59,503 nt of DNA from Macrostomum lignano (taxonomy: Eukaryota). Location: assembly GCA_002269645.1 (NCBI GenBank), contig NIVC01000456.1:1-59503 (forward strand). Reading direction: 5' to 3'. Positions 25,459-38,129 of the stretch are shown piece after piece. Both the position numbers and the translations under genes were made by a program. The notes below the pieces were generated by a model. The model was not told the origin of the DNA. It ran no database searches and saw only the letters and a program-made list of their open reading frames with translations. Positions within the stretch are counted from its first letter, which is position 1. Each line of letters starts with the position of its first letter.

Positions 25459-26859
25459 ACAGCAAAAGGTCCAGGATACAGTTATGGCTGCTCTGTTGAC
25501 TTGACTCCTGAGCCCCATGGCATAGTCGACTTTCTGCCTGTAAGGCCGCTCACTGGGATAGATGTTGGCTTGAAGCAAATAACCTGCAGTTTTGCTTGGG
25601 AGGAAAGGGGCGGGACTCGGTAATGAGAATTCTGCCTGTAACGGACGAAAAAGTGGCGCAGAGAGAGAAAGTAACCAAATACCGAAATGACGCGTTGGGC
25701 GATGGTTCCAAATTCAAACGATAGTTCTCAGTAGGCGAAATGCAGAGACCCAGACAGACACTGGGACTCATAGTTGAAAGTTCTAGTTGGAGTTGAACTC
25801 AGCTACAACTGCAGGTTACTCTGCTATCTTGCTTCAATTTCGTTAATAGTTAAACCAACAACTCCGCGTTCCAAGTGTTCCGGTAGTGAAAGTGGACTAA
25901 AAACGCTGTACTGAAAATTTTTCGCAAGCGTTTTTCTCACGGTCAGAAAAGAACAGAAAACTTGTTGCTGCTGCTACTTATTTTTCTGCTGCTGCTGCTT
26001 TCAGATTTTTTTACGAAAGCCCCGCAAAAATCTTTTGCGCAGTTTTGACAAGTCCGACACGACATGGGAAGACCGGCGCAGCTGGGAGAGAAGGGGGCAA
26101 AAGCTTCAACGACCTGCCCGGGGCCGCGGGAGATTTCCGCCCTTCGCCGATGCTGTTTGCCCAGCTAAAACAAGGAGTGTCTTTGCTGAGGGTTCCTGGG
26201 TTGCTGCTGGGAAGAAGACAAAAGGCCACACAAGCAGGCGGCCCGGAGTTTGTTCAGCCCCAGCATCCCGGCTACATCAGGCCTCCCTCGACTGCGTTTC
26301 CCCATTTCTTTCCTTTCCTCTCTGTCCCTCCCAAATCCCTCTAAAATCGACATTCTGTCCTCATGCAGCTGCGCCGAAGCGAGTCCAGCCTCCTCAATAC
26401 GGCGCCTTACCATTGCCAACAACGCAAAGCACCGTCGAGGAGCAATCGACAAGAGTCAGGTTTCCCCAGTCCTAATCCTATGCGAAGCCTACGCTCCGGC
26501 TCCCGGATCCCAGCAGATCCCGCCATCCCGAACCGCATTATGAGGGCATTCATCACTCTGGCTCTGTGTTCGCTTCCCTTGCGAATACATTGTGGCAGAC
26601 CCAGTGCAAGGCGTGATGAGCTGTCTGTGAGATTCTTCAGTCTCCCGATGCCGCTGAGCCGCGCACGTGGGATTCATGAAGCCGGGGCCACTCAATCAAA
26701 GCAGAATGAATGCACTCCATCAGACAGATACAGCGCCTTTGTGTTTAAGAAAATATAAGAATTGGTCCACTGAAATAGTGTAAACGTGATCTATTTTGCA
26801 CTTTAGACAGGAAAAACTTTAATGCTATCCTTAAGTCTGGACCAAAAAAACTTCGAGAG

Positions 26860-27258
26860 CTTCTGATCATGATGCATTCAAGGTTATTCTAGATGCACTT
26901 TCCAATGTCAATGGCATCTTCTGATCATGATGCATTCAAGGTTATTCTAGATGCTCTTTCCAATGGCAATGGCATCTTCTGATCATGATGCATTCAAGGT
27001 TATTCTAGATGCTCTTTCCAATGGCAATGGCATCTTCTGATCATGATGCATTCAAGGTTATTCTAGATGCACTTTCCAATGGCAATGGCATCTTCTGATC
27101 ATGATGCATTCAAGGTTATTCTAGATGCACTTTCCAATGGCAATGGCATCTTCTGATCATGATGCATTCAAGGTTATTCTAGATGCACTTTCCAATGGCA
27201 ATGGCATCTTCTGATATGATGCATTCAAGGTTATTCTAGATGCTCTTTCCAATGGCAA
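26860..27258. repeat. 58-bp tandem repeat, ~7 copies
   Basis: Unit starts at 26860 and 26918; near-identical copies. Confidence 0.95.
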
Positions 27259-27650
27259 GCCAGGGCGCTGATACTATTCTGCCACTCTAACGATAGCGCA
27301 TTGGTCCCTCTCTATCTCAAGTCTTTGCCAAATTATTTACATAACATCTAAGAACATGATTGTATTCAACCTTCACATGCTAATTAGCCTGCTCAGCATC
27401 CCTGACGCGACCCTGTAGTATAGGCTGTACGCTGCTACACCAGCACTGTAATCTTCCTTCTAGATAAGAGGGGCTGAATCTAATGCTCGTCAATCACGCA
27501 TGCTGTCGTATCCCATTGGTCGAGGCTTCACATCCCATCGCCGAGGAGTGCCCCACCCTCCTCCAGTTTCCTTCCAGTGGGATTTAACTCGACCCTCAGT
27601 GCGTGGCCATCTGGCCATATCCGACAGATGTCCACTGTTGAGCCGCGGAG

Positions 27651-28043
27651 ATGAACAGCGCAGGATCGGATGGTCCAGGAAATGCTGACACCACGACAGC
27701 ACCTGCGGATGCGGAGCCGCCGCGCACCTGGGACCCGGAGAAATTTCGTCTGGCATTCGCTGGCCGACGCCTGATCTCGTTTGACGAGCTGTACAAGTAC
27801 TACCGCTACGACGGCGTCAAGTCCCGCATCACGAGCTTGCGCTACGATCCCTGGGACGGCGTGAAGATCGCGCTAGTGCTCATGGGCCTCATGGTGCTCA
27901 TTGCCGCTTGCATGACGGCGTGTCACTATCGCGAGAAGAGTCGTCGCCGGAGACTGTCAAGGCAGGACGTGGCCGCTGACCCTGACGAAGAAGTAGAAGT
28001 AGAGCTCTGTCGACGAACGCCGTGCAGTGAGATGAAGAAGTAG
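27651..28043 (+). CDS. 130-aa single-pass membrane protein (no signal peptide, N-out/C-in predicted)
   Basis: GC3-rich ORF; ATG in gagATG context; one TM (IALVLMGLMVLIAACMTAC) followed by the basic cluster REKSRRRRLS; upstream acceptor TTCCTTCCAG at ~27576. Confidence 0.72.
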   Translation: MNSAGSDGPGNADTTTAPADAEPPRTWDPEKFRLAFAGRRLISFDELYKYYRYDGVKSRITSLRYDPWDGVKIALVLMGLMVLIAACMTACHYREKSRRRRLSRQDVAADPDEEVEVELCRRTPCSEMKK

Positions 28044-28740
28044 CCCTGCCGTAACTGGCACTTAAGTTCGTCTTTTTCTTCCCGAGAGTCAGCCGCTTGG
28101 AGACAGAGTGTTACTGCATCATCAGCTGTGTCCCAGCCGTCAGACATGTATCTCTTTGACCATTTTGGGATGGACATCTTCTTTCTCAGCTTGTCGTTTG
28201 GATTCAATATCAAATGACTAGCAGTGGTCGAGTGCTAATCAACTGTACAGTTTAATTGATCAAGGCCTGTTATTGTGTTGCATTTAATATGGCCAGAAAG
28301 ATTTGGCTGCGATCTGTATAGAATTCAAGAATAATAAGCCTATTTTATGAAATCTTGCATCACATTGCCATGTTGTGAATATCTATTGAGTTGGGTCCCA
28401 GTTATTTTTTATCACGGCAAGGGAACTATAATCCCAAGTACGTTCTCTTAAGAACTAACTTTAAATTGGTTTGTTTTTCACGTTCGTCCCGCCAAGTCAG
28501 TTCAGTCAGCTGTTGGGCGCCTTCCTCCACCCCAGTCACTCAGTATCATTGTACAAACACTGATCGCTATGCATAGCAAAATCGTATCAAAACAGTACAA
28601 GCAGGAGCGATGAACTTTAGGGCAAGTTCAGGCCAGGTAAGCCAGGGCAAACCTTTGCAAAAAGCCTTTTTATGTAGCTGTGTCTCCGCAGATGCTTACA
28701 TCACGTGACTGCCTTGAACATCAGACAATCGTGCTTCAAC

Positions 28741-29140
28741 CAAGGACGACTTAAGTAGAAGAATGCGAAACCTCGTTTCTAGAAAATTTTAGAAGGCAGT
28801 TTTACCGAAAAAATACACTACGGAGATAGGAAGTTTTCATTTTTCAGCACAAAAATTGTTATTGCTTTTGATAGGAGGCAGATCCAGTGTTCACCTTTTA
28901 ATATGTTGTGCCTTTCTTATTGCTCTATTGATATTCAAAGCTTTTCGTTCAAAGAATTAGGATTCTATGTTATTTTTTTATTCTATTTTATTCTTTTATT
29001 CTATTCTTCAAAAGCAATAACAATTTTTGTGCTGAAAAAATGAAAACTTCCTATCTCCGTAGTGTAATTTTCCGGGAAAACTGCCTTCTTAAATTTTCTA
29101 AGAAACGAGGTTTCCCGTCCTTCTACTTAAGTCGTCCTTG
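28741..29140. mobile_element. 400-bp MITE with ~130-bp TIRs and an 8-bp TSD (hAT or P superfamily)
   Basis: TIRs 28741-28870 and 29009-29140 start CAAGGACGAC; GCTTCAAC duplicated at 28733-28740 and 29141-29148. Confidence 0.92.
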
Positions 29141-30349
29141 GCTTCAACTGGCTGACTATTTTTCCGAATAAAAAGGCAGAAATTCAATCAGCATATCTTA
29201 GCATCATTGCATACATTTATCACTAACCAGCTGACTGCCTGAACCCTTTCATCCTTTAGGAGTGGTGTATGATTTAAGGCTGCATTATGGGGAACGAACG
29301 CATAGGCTCTGAGATTTCACGTGATATTTCCGTCTGTATGACATGGGATCCGCTGCATTATTATCATCTGAAGGTTCCTCATCTCCGCTGCATTAGTTTC
29401 CGATGCATGCTTGGATAATCCAGGTGTGCGGGCAGGTGGGCTCATCAGATGGGTTGCCTGGCGACTCCGAGGCCAAGAGTGTTCTCTTTCCAAAGAAGAA
29501 ATTTTCATCTCGTTTTCTGGATACGAGCTTTCTCTGCAGGTAAGAAAATCGTGCTGAATTGATATCTGCTTCTTTCTCTCTTACTCCTCCTCCATCCATT
29601 CGTCCCCGAGCCTCAGCTGCCGCAGGGCGATACAAAAGGAGATAAGCGGCGGAGAAGTCGATCTCGAATTCGAAATCACCCCCCCCCCCCCCGAGGCCTG
29701 CGCGGAGTCTGGATCTGCAGTGCGCGCCTTGATGCCGAGGTCGTGTCTCTTATCCCGACCGTGGGTGGGAATCAGCTTTACAGCCGGGCTTCGGGACATC
29801 CTCGTTTCCTCTCCTGGATGCGGCTGCTGCTCCGAAATGAGCTGAGCTCTCTCGGGAGCCACTAGTAGGAGCAGCGATCCAGCAATAATAGCCTGTTCTA
29901 GACAGACCTAAAAAGCTATTATTTTCTTACTACTGGAATTACCTTGGCTAATTTGCGCGTCACTACACTTTGAAGTTTCAAAGTCAAAGAGTTTTTAAGC
30001 TACTTAAGACTCTGATTGATCTGTAGGGAGACAGGACTGCTTAGCTACTGAGCCTAGTTAGCCGTGAACCTTGGGATTAAGCTTACGAGTCGTAATACAG
30101 TACAAGACGCAACGAGGCAAGTCGACAATTTTTTCATCCGTGCAAAAAAATTTTTGCTTCATTGATCTTCGATGGACTAGTAAGTATAGTTTGAGCTCAC
30201 TGTCTAAATGGATTGAGCTCGTCTTTTTCCACTGTTGGACGGGAAGGTTTTACTAGGAAAGAAAAATCAACATCTTTGTATTGTGGCTTTCTCGGAGACC
30301 AATGAAAAAGATAGCAAAGAACTTTGAGGCATTTAAGTAAATAACTAAC

Positions 30350-31050
30350 GAGGGCAAGAGAGGGCAAGAGGGCAAGACTCAAAAAGGGCAGAATGATAGG
30401 CAGAGAGGCATAGGGGTAGGGCAAAGGGGCAGAGAGGCAGAGGGGCAGAGGGGCAGATGGGCAGAGGGGCAAGAAGGGCAGAAGGAAAGAGGGGCAGAGG
30501 GAAAGAGGGGCAGAGGGAAAGAGGGGCAGAGGGAAAGAGGGGCAGAGGGAAAGAGGGGCATAGGGGCAGAGGGGCAGAGGGGCAGAGAAGCAGAGGGGCA
30601 GAGAGGCAGAGGGGCAGAGGGGCAGAGGGGCAGAGGGGCAGAGGGGCATAGGGGCAGAGGGGCAGAGGGAAAGAAGGGCAGAAGGAAAGAGGGGCAGAGG
30701 GAAAGAAGGGCAGAAGGAAAGAGGGGCAGAGGGAAAGAGGGGCAGAGGGAAAGAGGGGCAGAGGGAAAGAGGGGCAGAGGGAAAGAGGGGCATAGGGGCA
30801 GAGGGGCAGAGGGGCAGAGAAGCAGAGGGGCAGAGAGGCAGAGGGGCAGAGGGGCAGAGGGGCAGAGGGGCAGAGGGGCAGAGGGGCAGAGAGGCAGAGG
30901 GAAAGAGGGGCAGAGAGGCAGAGGAGCAGAGGCAGAGGGGCAGAGGGGCAGAGGGGCAGAGAGGCAGAGGGGCAGAGAGGCAGAGGGGCAGAGGGGCAGA
31001 GGGGCAGAGGGGCAGAGGGGCAGAGGGGCGAGAAGCAGAAGTGCAGAAGC
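30350..31050. repeat. Purine-rich 8-bp microsatellite (GAGGGGCA)n with GGAAA variants
   Basis: Direct tandem periodicity. Confidence 0.95.
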
Positions 31051-32984
31051 GTAGAGGCACAGTGTATATTAATATAAAGTCTTCCAAACTAATAATCTAA
31101 TTGTAACTGCAAAAGTTTTGAACTTGCATGCATAGCAGGATTGCACCAGAGGATTGTCTTGCGATAATCCGAAATGCCTTATGGCTCCGAGGATATACGA
31201 GCTATGCCGAGGGCCGAGTTTTTCGCAGGTAGAAAAATATGTACATCGCCACACTCCTTCATGGCAAGATCGCAGTCGCAGCAGTGTCTCAAAATCGAGC
31301 CAACAATCTTCCATGGCCGCAAGAATTGACTTGCGGCGTCCTAGAACGAGATCAAGAATGAAATGCGAAATAACGTGTCCGTGCAGGATAACCATGCGGT
31401 AGATTTAGCCTTAGTAAAACAACATAGATGTATTCCAAATCCTTATAACCGCGGGTGCGCATGAATTCGCATGTACATAATGCGTGTAAATAATGTACAT
31501 GCATGTATGTACATGTAAATGTAAACTAGACCACTTGGGAAGCATATGAACTTCCACTCAAGGACCACCAAAGTACAATCGGTCAGGTAACAATTACAAA
31601 TATTTTCTACGCTATGAATAATTCGGCAAACCGAATATATACTTTTACTAAGCAAACGGGCTGATATGCTGACATCAAAGAGCTATTTCGAAAATTTGTG
31701 ATTGAATTAGAATTAAGCATTCTGTTTCTCTATAGAGACCGAGAAATATTCGTATTGATATTAAAGTTTAAAAAAATGCTACAAAACTTGCACAACTTGG
31801 ATTCGCGAAAAAACAGGCAAATTATTATACAGGAGGCGAACGTCTGGGTGCAGGTGAAATTTAAACTCAGCCAATCCATGCAATGCGGAGCAAAGAGAGT
31901 TTAAAGAAAATGTGCTCGCAATTTATAACTGCTTTAACAGTATTCTTTTGTCTGTCGAACTACAATGGGCTGAAATTTTTCTTGCTGCAACCGAAACAAA
32001 ATTTACGATAATTCCAGACACACGAAATTCAAGACCACCTGATGCACCTGCCGAAGGTTCAGAAGCTCCGTCTGGGTGAAGGGCAGTGACTACTATATCA
32101 AAGTCAGAGCTGATGTACATTCACGGTCGAGGTGCTTCGCAGTGCAACTGGCGCACACGTACGGCAGAGAGCTGTATTGAATGCACATCGCAGATGTGAA
32201 AAATCCGACCTTCTGGCAGAATTGTTGAATTGAATATCTCGACGGTCCGGAGTGCTGGCGACTTGATTCATGTTTGAGAAGGGCACAACAAAGCGCTAGT
32301 CCGTTGTTCTTTATAACTTTAACGTCACAAATACGTCACTCACTTCAAACTTTAAGCATATTTAATTGGTTTCAAGTATAAATTTTCTATCTATAGATTT
32401 TGTTTGAATTCATAATTTCTAAGAATCAGAGTTCAATGTTTTAAGTGTGGCAGGCGGGTTGCCACATTTAACTTTTAGTCTTCATAAAGTACGTAATAAT
32501 AATAATAATCTTTTGCAATTTAATTACGCGCCCAACTCCCGGATTTTGTTTAAATAGTTTTTTTCCAACGGTTGTGTCTCGAATCTTTTCCATTAGTTGC
32601 CCCTGCCTGTCCCCGTGTTGTCCCCTAATTGTTTGCCCCGCTGTTGGTTTAAATTTTTCCCACCGTTTGGTTTTTTGACTGTTTCGCTTGATGCCGTGTA
32701 ACGAGTTTTGCCCTCCGTGTTGCCCTCTAGTCTGCCCACCCCGCCGTCCAGCCATCTGTCCAAACCCCGCCCCAGTGGTTGAATTAATGTTTTGTCTATA
32801 TTTAAGTGAGGTTCCTGCTGTGCGTGTTTCTCAGTTTTTTTCTTTCACCCCCCTTTCTTATCTGCTTCAAACCTGCTAGTTTTGACTTCGTAATTTTCTT
32901 TTGTAATTTCAGATCTGTAGATTTGGTTTGTTTGTTTAGCTCTCATTTTCTTTTCAACTAATAGCTCTGTAACCGCGCGCGTCC

Positions 32985-34475
32985 TGCTCGAATCCGTCGA
33001 CGTAGATCACAACCGTTGCTTGTTTAATAATTAGTTTATAATTACAACGCCTGCTAATTTCCAATAATTAATTATAATAAAACCTATCGATAACCGCTAA
33101 TTCGTTCGTCTAACTGTTTAAGTCCATAGCTTATCTTAAGTCATTTGCCCGTGGGGCGTAAAACAACCAAAGTTCTCATCTCAAAAAAACTCTGAGACTT
33201 AATTCGTTCCGTAATACGAAATTACGGTGGTGGCAGCAACTACCCTTACTGAAAGTAATAAGTTCAACAAATCAACGCATCAATTTTACGACGCCAAAAT
33301 CTCCGGTATCTACCATTTGAACGACCGTGCCGCTAACGACCGCTCCGCTACGATTATGACTACCCTCCCCCCGGACTTGAGACTCCGGCAGCCGGAGTAA
33401 ATCAGGAAAAAGATTTTGTTGCGATTCGTCTGCGCGATCTTCCGGATTTATTCGTGCGAACGCGACGCCGATCGGTTTCTAAGAAACTCAACTTAAAAAC
33501 CTGTGGTAGGGCGATCTAGCACTGTCCGGGCGAGATAATTTCGTCAGGTGGTGAAATTTTTGCTATGACTCCTCTTATCACCCAGTGTGCCGCCCCTTGC
33601 CCCATCCCTCGCCCCATCTTTTGCCGAAGTCGTTTTTTGTTCATTCCCGTTTACGTTTCTGTGTCGTCCGTTGCCCCATCGTACGCCCCATTCTCTGCCC
33701 CATCCCCTGCCTTGTCGCCCCATCTGTTGCCCCATCCCTGTCCGGACGACACTTTCGCTATTTATAAGGCCAATTCGGGCCGCCAGTTTGTTAGTTTTTC
33801 TTTTCTTTCGTTTCCTTTCTTTCTTTTGTTGGCTTTTGTTTTCTTTTGGTTTTGAGTTTTGGAGTTTTTGGTTTTGTTGGCTTTAGTTTTGTTTATAACT
33901 TAGCATAACTTAGTTAAATAGCGTTCGATTTTAGGTTGGTTAATTGGCACCCGGCACCTGCCGCGATCATCTTCGTTTAATAATAATATTCCAATTTAAT
34001 CAGTTAATACCGCCTGCTAATAATAAATAAACATAATGATTGATAAAATAACAGTTCGTTCGTTAATCGAAGCCCTTAATAGCTTATCTTGAGTCATTTG
34101 CCCGTGGGGCGTTAAACAACCAATTAATCTCATCTCCGAACGAGCTCTGAGATCTCAACGTTCCGTAATACGCAATTACGGTGGTGGCAGCGCTACTCTA
34201 CTGAAAGTAATCAGTTCAGCAACTCAGAAAACAGATTTACGGTGTCTAGACCTTTGAGTCTAAAGTCTGAACGACCGTGCCGCTTACGACCGCTCGACTA
34301 CGATTACGACTACCCTCCCCTCGGATCTGAGAACCCGGCTGTCGGAGTAAAACAGGAGGAAATAATTCGTTGTGATTCGTCTGCGCGATTTCCGGCTTTA
34401 TTCGTGCGAACTCAACGCCGTTCGGTTTCGAAGAAAACCCAACTTCAAAACCCAACTTTTCAATTTTCTTAGCCA
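32985..34475. repeat. Two diverged direct copies of a ~480-bp block, period ~955 bp (about 32985-33500 and 33950-34475)
   Basis: Shared collinear islands AGCTTATCTT.AGTCATTTGCCCGTGGGGCGT, CGTTCCGTAATACG.AATTACGGTGGTGGCAGC, CTGAAAGTAAT, GAACGACCGTGCCGCT, GACTACCCTCCCC, GATTCGTCTGCGCGAT, TTATTCGTGCGAAC. Confidence 0.85.
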
Positions 34476-35144
34476 AAGCTAGAGAATCAGCAACATATTA
34501 AACTCTACAAAAATGCCTATCTCTACAAAAAAATCTGCAGGCCCGACCTTTCAGATTACTTTCCATGCACATTTAGAAACAAAAAATTCCTAACAACCCT
34601 CCTAAAACTGAAATGCGAGATTACACCCAACTTTCTCTCAAGAAGCATGTAGACTGTGTGGAGCGAGAAATGGTTCCGATATCCTACACTACTTGACCGA
34701 ATGTCCACAAACTGAAAAGATCAGAAAAAATACTTCTGTCAATACCTCTTAAATGACAAACAAGTACACAAGATAGGATATGCTACAAATGAAAAAAGAG
34801 CTAGTCAGAAAAGAGTTCACTGGTGTAGCTAAAATATATGACGTCATGAATAGCTAAAACAGTTATGCAAACTGAAACAAATACATCAGCAGTGTAATAA
34901 ATCCGCTTTTCAGTTGTTTATTCATTTACTGTCTTTTTTAATTTCCTATTTAATTCGTCGTTAATCGTTAGACGTTAAGTTCGTTCGAAGTGCGTTTATG
35001 CTCGTTTTTCACGCTTTGAAATATCACGCGCTTTCAAAAATACTATATCTTTTTACAAAAATCGCCTATTATTGAGAACAATCCTTAATTATTACTAGAT
35101 ATTTGTTATATTGACAAAATAATATTTAACTACCTTTTCTGAAT

Positions 35145-35522
35145 GGGTCTCCCTAAAACACGCCCCGCACCGCCCTGCAGCGCTACACATTAAAACAAAT
35201 TGGACTATAACTGAAGACTGTTAAAATGCGTTTGCTGTTAAGCTTCAAAGTTTTTATTAAATTTAGTTTTTTTACTTTGAAATATAAGTTCGGTGAGTAA
35301 TTAGTGATAATAATAATAATATTAATAAAATAATAATAATATAATTTAATAATGAAAACGAGAATATAAAAAATAAAAATAATATTTAAGATAATAATTA
35401 AAGATATTTATTCCATTACTCTTACAACAAATAGTTTTCCTTGCAATCAAATACGGCATTGACAAAAAATGTTATAATGTGTAGCGGTTCGGGGCGGTGC
35501 GGTGCGTGTTTTAGGGAGACCC
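35145..35522. mobile_element. MITE with ~52-bp TIRs starting GGGTCTCCCTAAAACACG (PIF/Harbinger-like termini)
   Basis: Inverted termini visible around an AT-rich core; no clean TSD; 12-bp duplication TTAGGGAGACCC at the right end. Confidence 0.7.
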
Positions 35523-35858
35523 TTAGGGAGACCCTTAGAAGAATCGTTTTGCATTAAGGTCATATATATACAACATCGATTTTCTATTTTTCCCTGCTTA
35601 GAATCTTGCTGTTCCGTTCCGTCGTTAGTCGTTAATCGGCTGAAAAAACCGTAAAAAATTCTTGACGCCCTTTCAAATACCTTACTTAATGCAAATATCG
35701 TGTAGTACTCGTTTTCAGCGATCGTGTAAAATTTAACCTTTTGAATAAAAACTAAATAAATCGGATCCTACTGGCATAACAGGCTCCTTAAGCCTGAGCC
35801 AAATTTACTACTACTACTACTACTACTACTACTTTTCTTCCTCCGCTCCGGGTCCGCT

Positions 35859-37258
35859 GGCTCATTCCATATAAGATAGTGCAATAGTGCAGTTTCGTTC
35901 GCGAAATTATTTTTCGTTTAAATTTGAAAGTTCGAAACCAGAAAACAATAACAACGATGTTTTAAACCATTCTAGCGACTGTGTCAGAGCTCACTTGTCA
36001 CGGAACTTTAAAGCAAATGGGCGCTCTATTAATATACTTTTTTCATTAAATCTGTTCCACGCTCAAATGCTACTTGAGTTGAAATGCAAGTTGTCTATGG
36101 AAAAAATAGTTTAAAAAATCGAAAGGGGCTCAAGTGGGGGGGGGGCTTGAACTGTTTCCCTTTAGCTGAGAAGCTGCTAATATCTGCTTTTTCTTTTGGA
36201 CAACATATTGTATCATGGCTGGACAACTACCAAGACCCTCGTGGATAGTTCCGCCGAATGTGGAACAGTTGCCCAGTGACAAGCTCTGTATCCGCGCCAC
36301 TAGAACACAATGACGAGTTGGCAAGTTCGGCAACCAGGGAGCTAAAAACTCTGCCACAATCGTTAGAATGGTTTAAAACATCAATTTTATTGTTGTTATT
36401 GTTTTCTGGTTTCGAACTTTCAAATTTAAACGAAAAATAATTTCGCGAACGAAACTGCACTATTGCCAGATGGACATATTTGGAAAATAGAAAAAAGTCA
36501 ATATTTTTGCTTGCCATTGCCTTATTAGCCTATTTTTTACCAAATGTTTTTTTATGTGCAATATATACAATATAAGAATAAAGGAATAGTAAAATGTTGG
36601 ATTAGTATGTTATCAATTGGAAAAAAGTCATTTTTGTAAAAATTTGGACATTTTTCGAAGCAAAAAACATAATTAAGATTTTGTACCTTTTAAAAACAAA
36701 TAGAAAGCTTTTGAAGGTTGAAACAAATTGTAAATAAAAGTATAGTACTTGTGTCATCAGATAAAAGCATTGGTGACCAAATAATCTATTATATTTTTAA
36801 TGTATTAGGCCTAATAGGGCCTACCTCAAGGTTACTGAATTGACAGAAAAAAATATGTTATGACCATAATGTTACGACCATAAGGCTGCCTTTTCTTTTG
36901 TATCTTTGTTGCCTTTTGAGTTTATATATTCTAATAAAAGAGTATGATTTCTAAATATGTTCTTAGTTAAATTTTAAAAATATATTGCAAAATATCAAAA
37001 GTGAAAAAATGTTAGGCCTATAAGACTTTTACCTTTTAGTTTTTATATGTCAAAAATCCTGTCGTTATGACCATAAGTGTCATTTAAGGTTTAATAGCAT
37101 CTATACTAATGATGATATCTATATGAAACTCTATAAATATATTCTAGACAAAATAATCTATCATTTAAAATATTGGTTTAATATATTCTATTATTAGATT
37201 TCATTTTATAAGTAAAAATAGCCTGTCATGTTATGACCATGCTTATATGGAATGAGCC
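35859..37258. mobile_element. Putative non-autonomous DNA element with 17-bp TIRs (GGCTCATTCCATATAAG) and internal TTATGACCAT repeats
   Basis: Perfect 17-bp inverted match at 35859-35875 and 37242-37258; no TSD found. Confidence 0.55.
35882..36465. mobile_element. MITE with ~105-bp TIRs starting CAATAGTGCAG, nested just inside the previous element
   Basis: Long inverted repeat at 35882-~35990 and ~36350-36465; TSD unclear. Confidence 0.8.
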
Positions 37259-38129
37259 CACCCCCATCTCAGTCCCCGATGGCCCACAGATTTTTTTTCT
37301 TTCTCTACCCCCACATCATAAGTAACTTATAATTAGCTTAGCCTTATAGAATATAGTTTTATTAAATATATTGACGCATACTGGGCAAACAGTCTTTCTG
37401 TCTGAGCCAAACCTGCTACTACTACTATTAGGCCTACTACTACCTTAGCTGTTTTTGATTTCATAACATATCCAATAAGGATGACTAGTGATTTTAGATT
37501 TTTAGTGTCAATAAAAAATTGAAAATAGGAATACTGTCAGAACAAAATGATTAATACATAATATAGATAGTAAAGGCTGCTAAATTTATTAGCTTGAATT
37601 CTCATCTTTGCTTAGACAGGACTCCAGGAGCATGCAATGCATAGTGCCATAGCCAGCCCATAGGCACTATGTAGGTAGACATAGCTGCATAGGCCTAATA
37701 ACTTAGAATTTGGATTTGCTCAGCTAGCCTTACCTATGTTTAGTAGATAGATCTGGCCCTTTTACCATGGGAAATTAAAACATATAGGGCCTAACACTTA
37801 CCTAATTCATTATATTGACTGGGGACGTAGAAATCACATAGGATTAAATATTTTCTTTAATCCATATGGCATATTATCTTATAAGCCAATTGACATTTAA
37901 AATTTATCAATTTAGGCTTATCAAGTTATCTTTTATTAAGTTAGGGCCTAGTTAAAGAAAAATTAACTTTTAGATAGCTTAGAGTCTAGACTTACTTTGT
38001 TTTGAAAATTTTATTTAGGTTCAAGAAATAAACTAAAAATTTATAGATACAATGAACTGCCTTATGATGCCAGTCTATAATTTTGCTAATAATATAGACC
38101 CATTTCTTGGATATGCACTACTCATTGTA

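Noticed and set aside
24422-25623. Three ~300-aa overlapping ORFs
   Set aside because: The 20-bp unit lacks stops on the plus strand, so all three frames are open, which marks an artefact
29420-29850. Possible two-exon plus-strand ORF (donor GTAAGA ~29540, acceptor ~29617)
   Set aside because: Frames join, but the peptide is unrecognisable, runs through a C14 tract and lacks clear codon bias
33100-34440. Hammerhead, HDV or twister ribozyme or snRNA in the diverged repeat
   Set aside because: No CUGANGA/GAAA core or other diagnostic motif conserved in both copies by eye; needs Infernal
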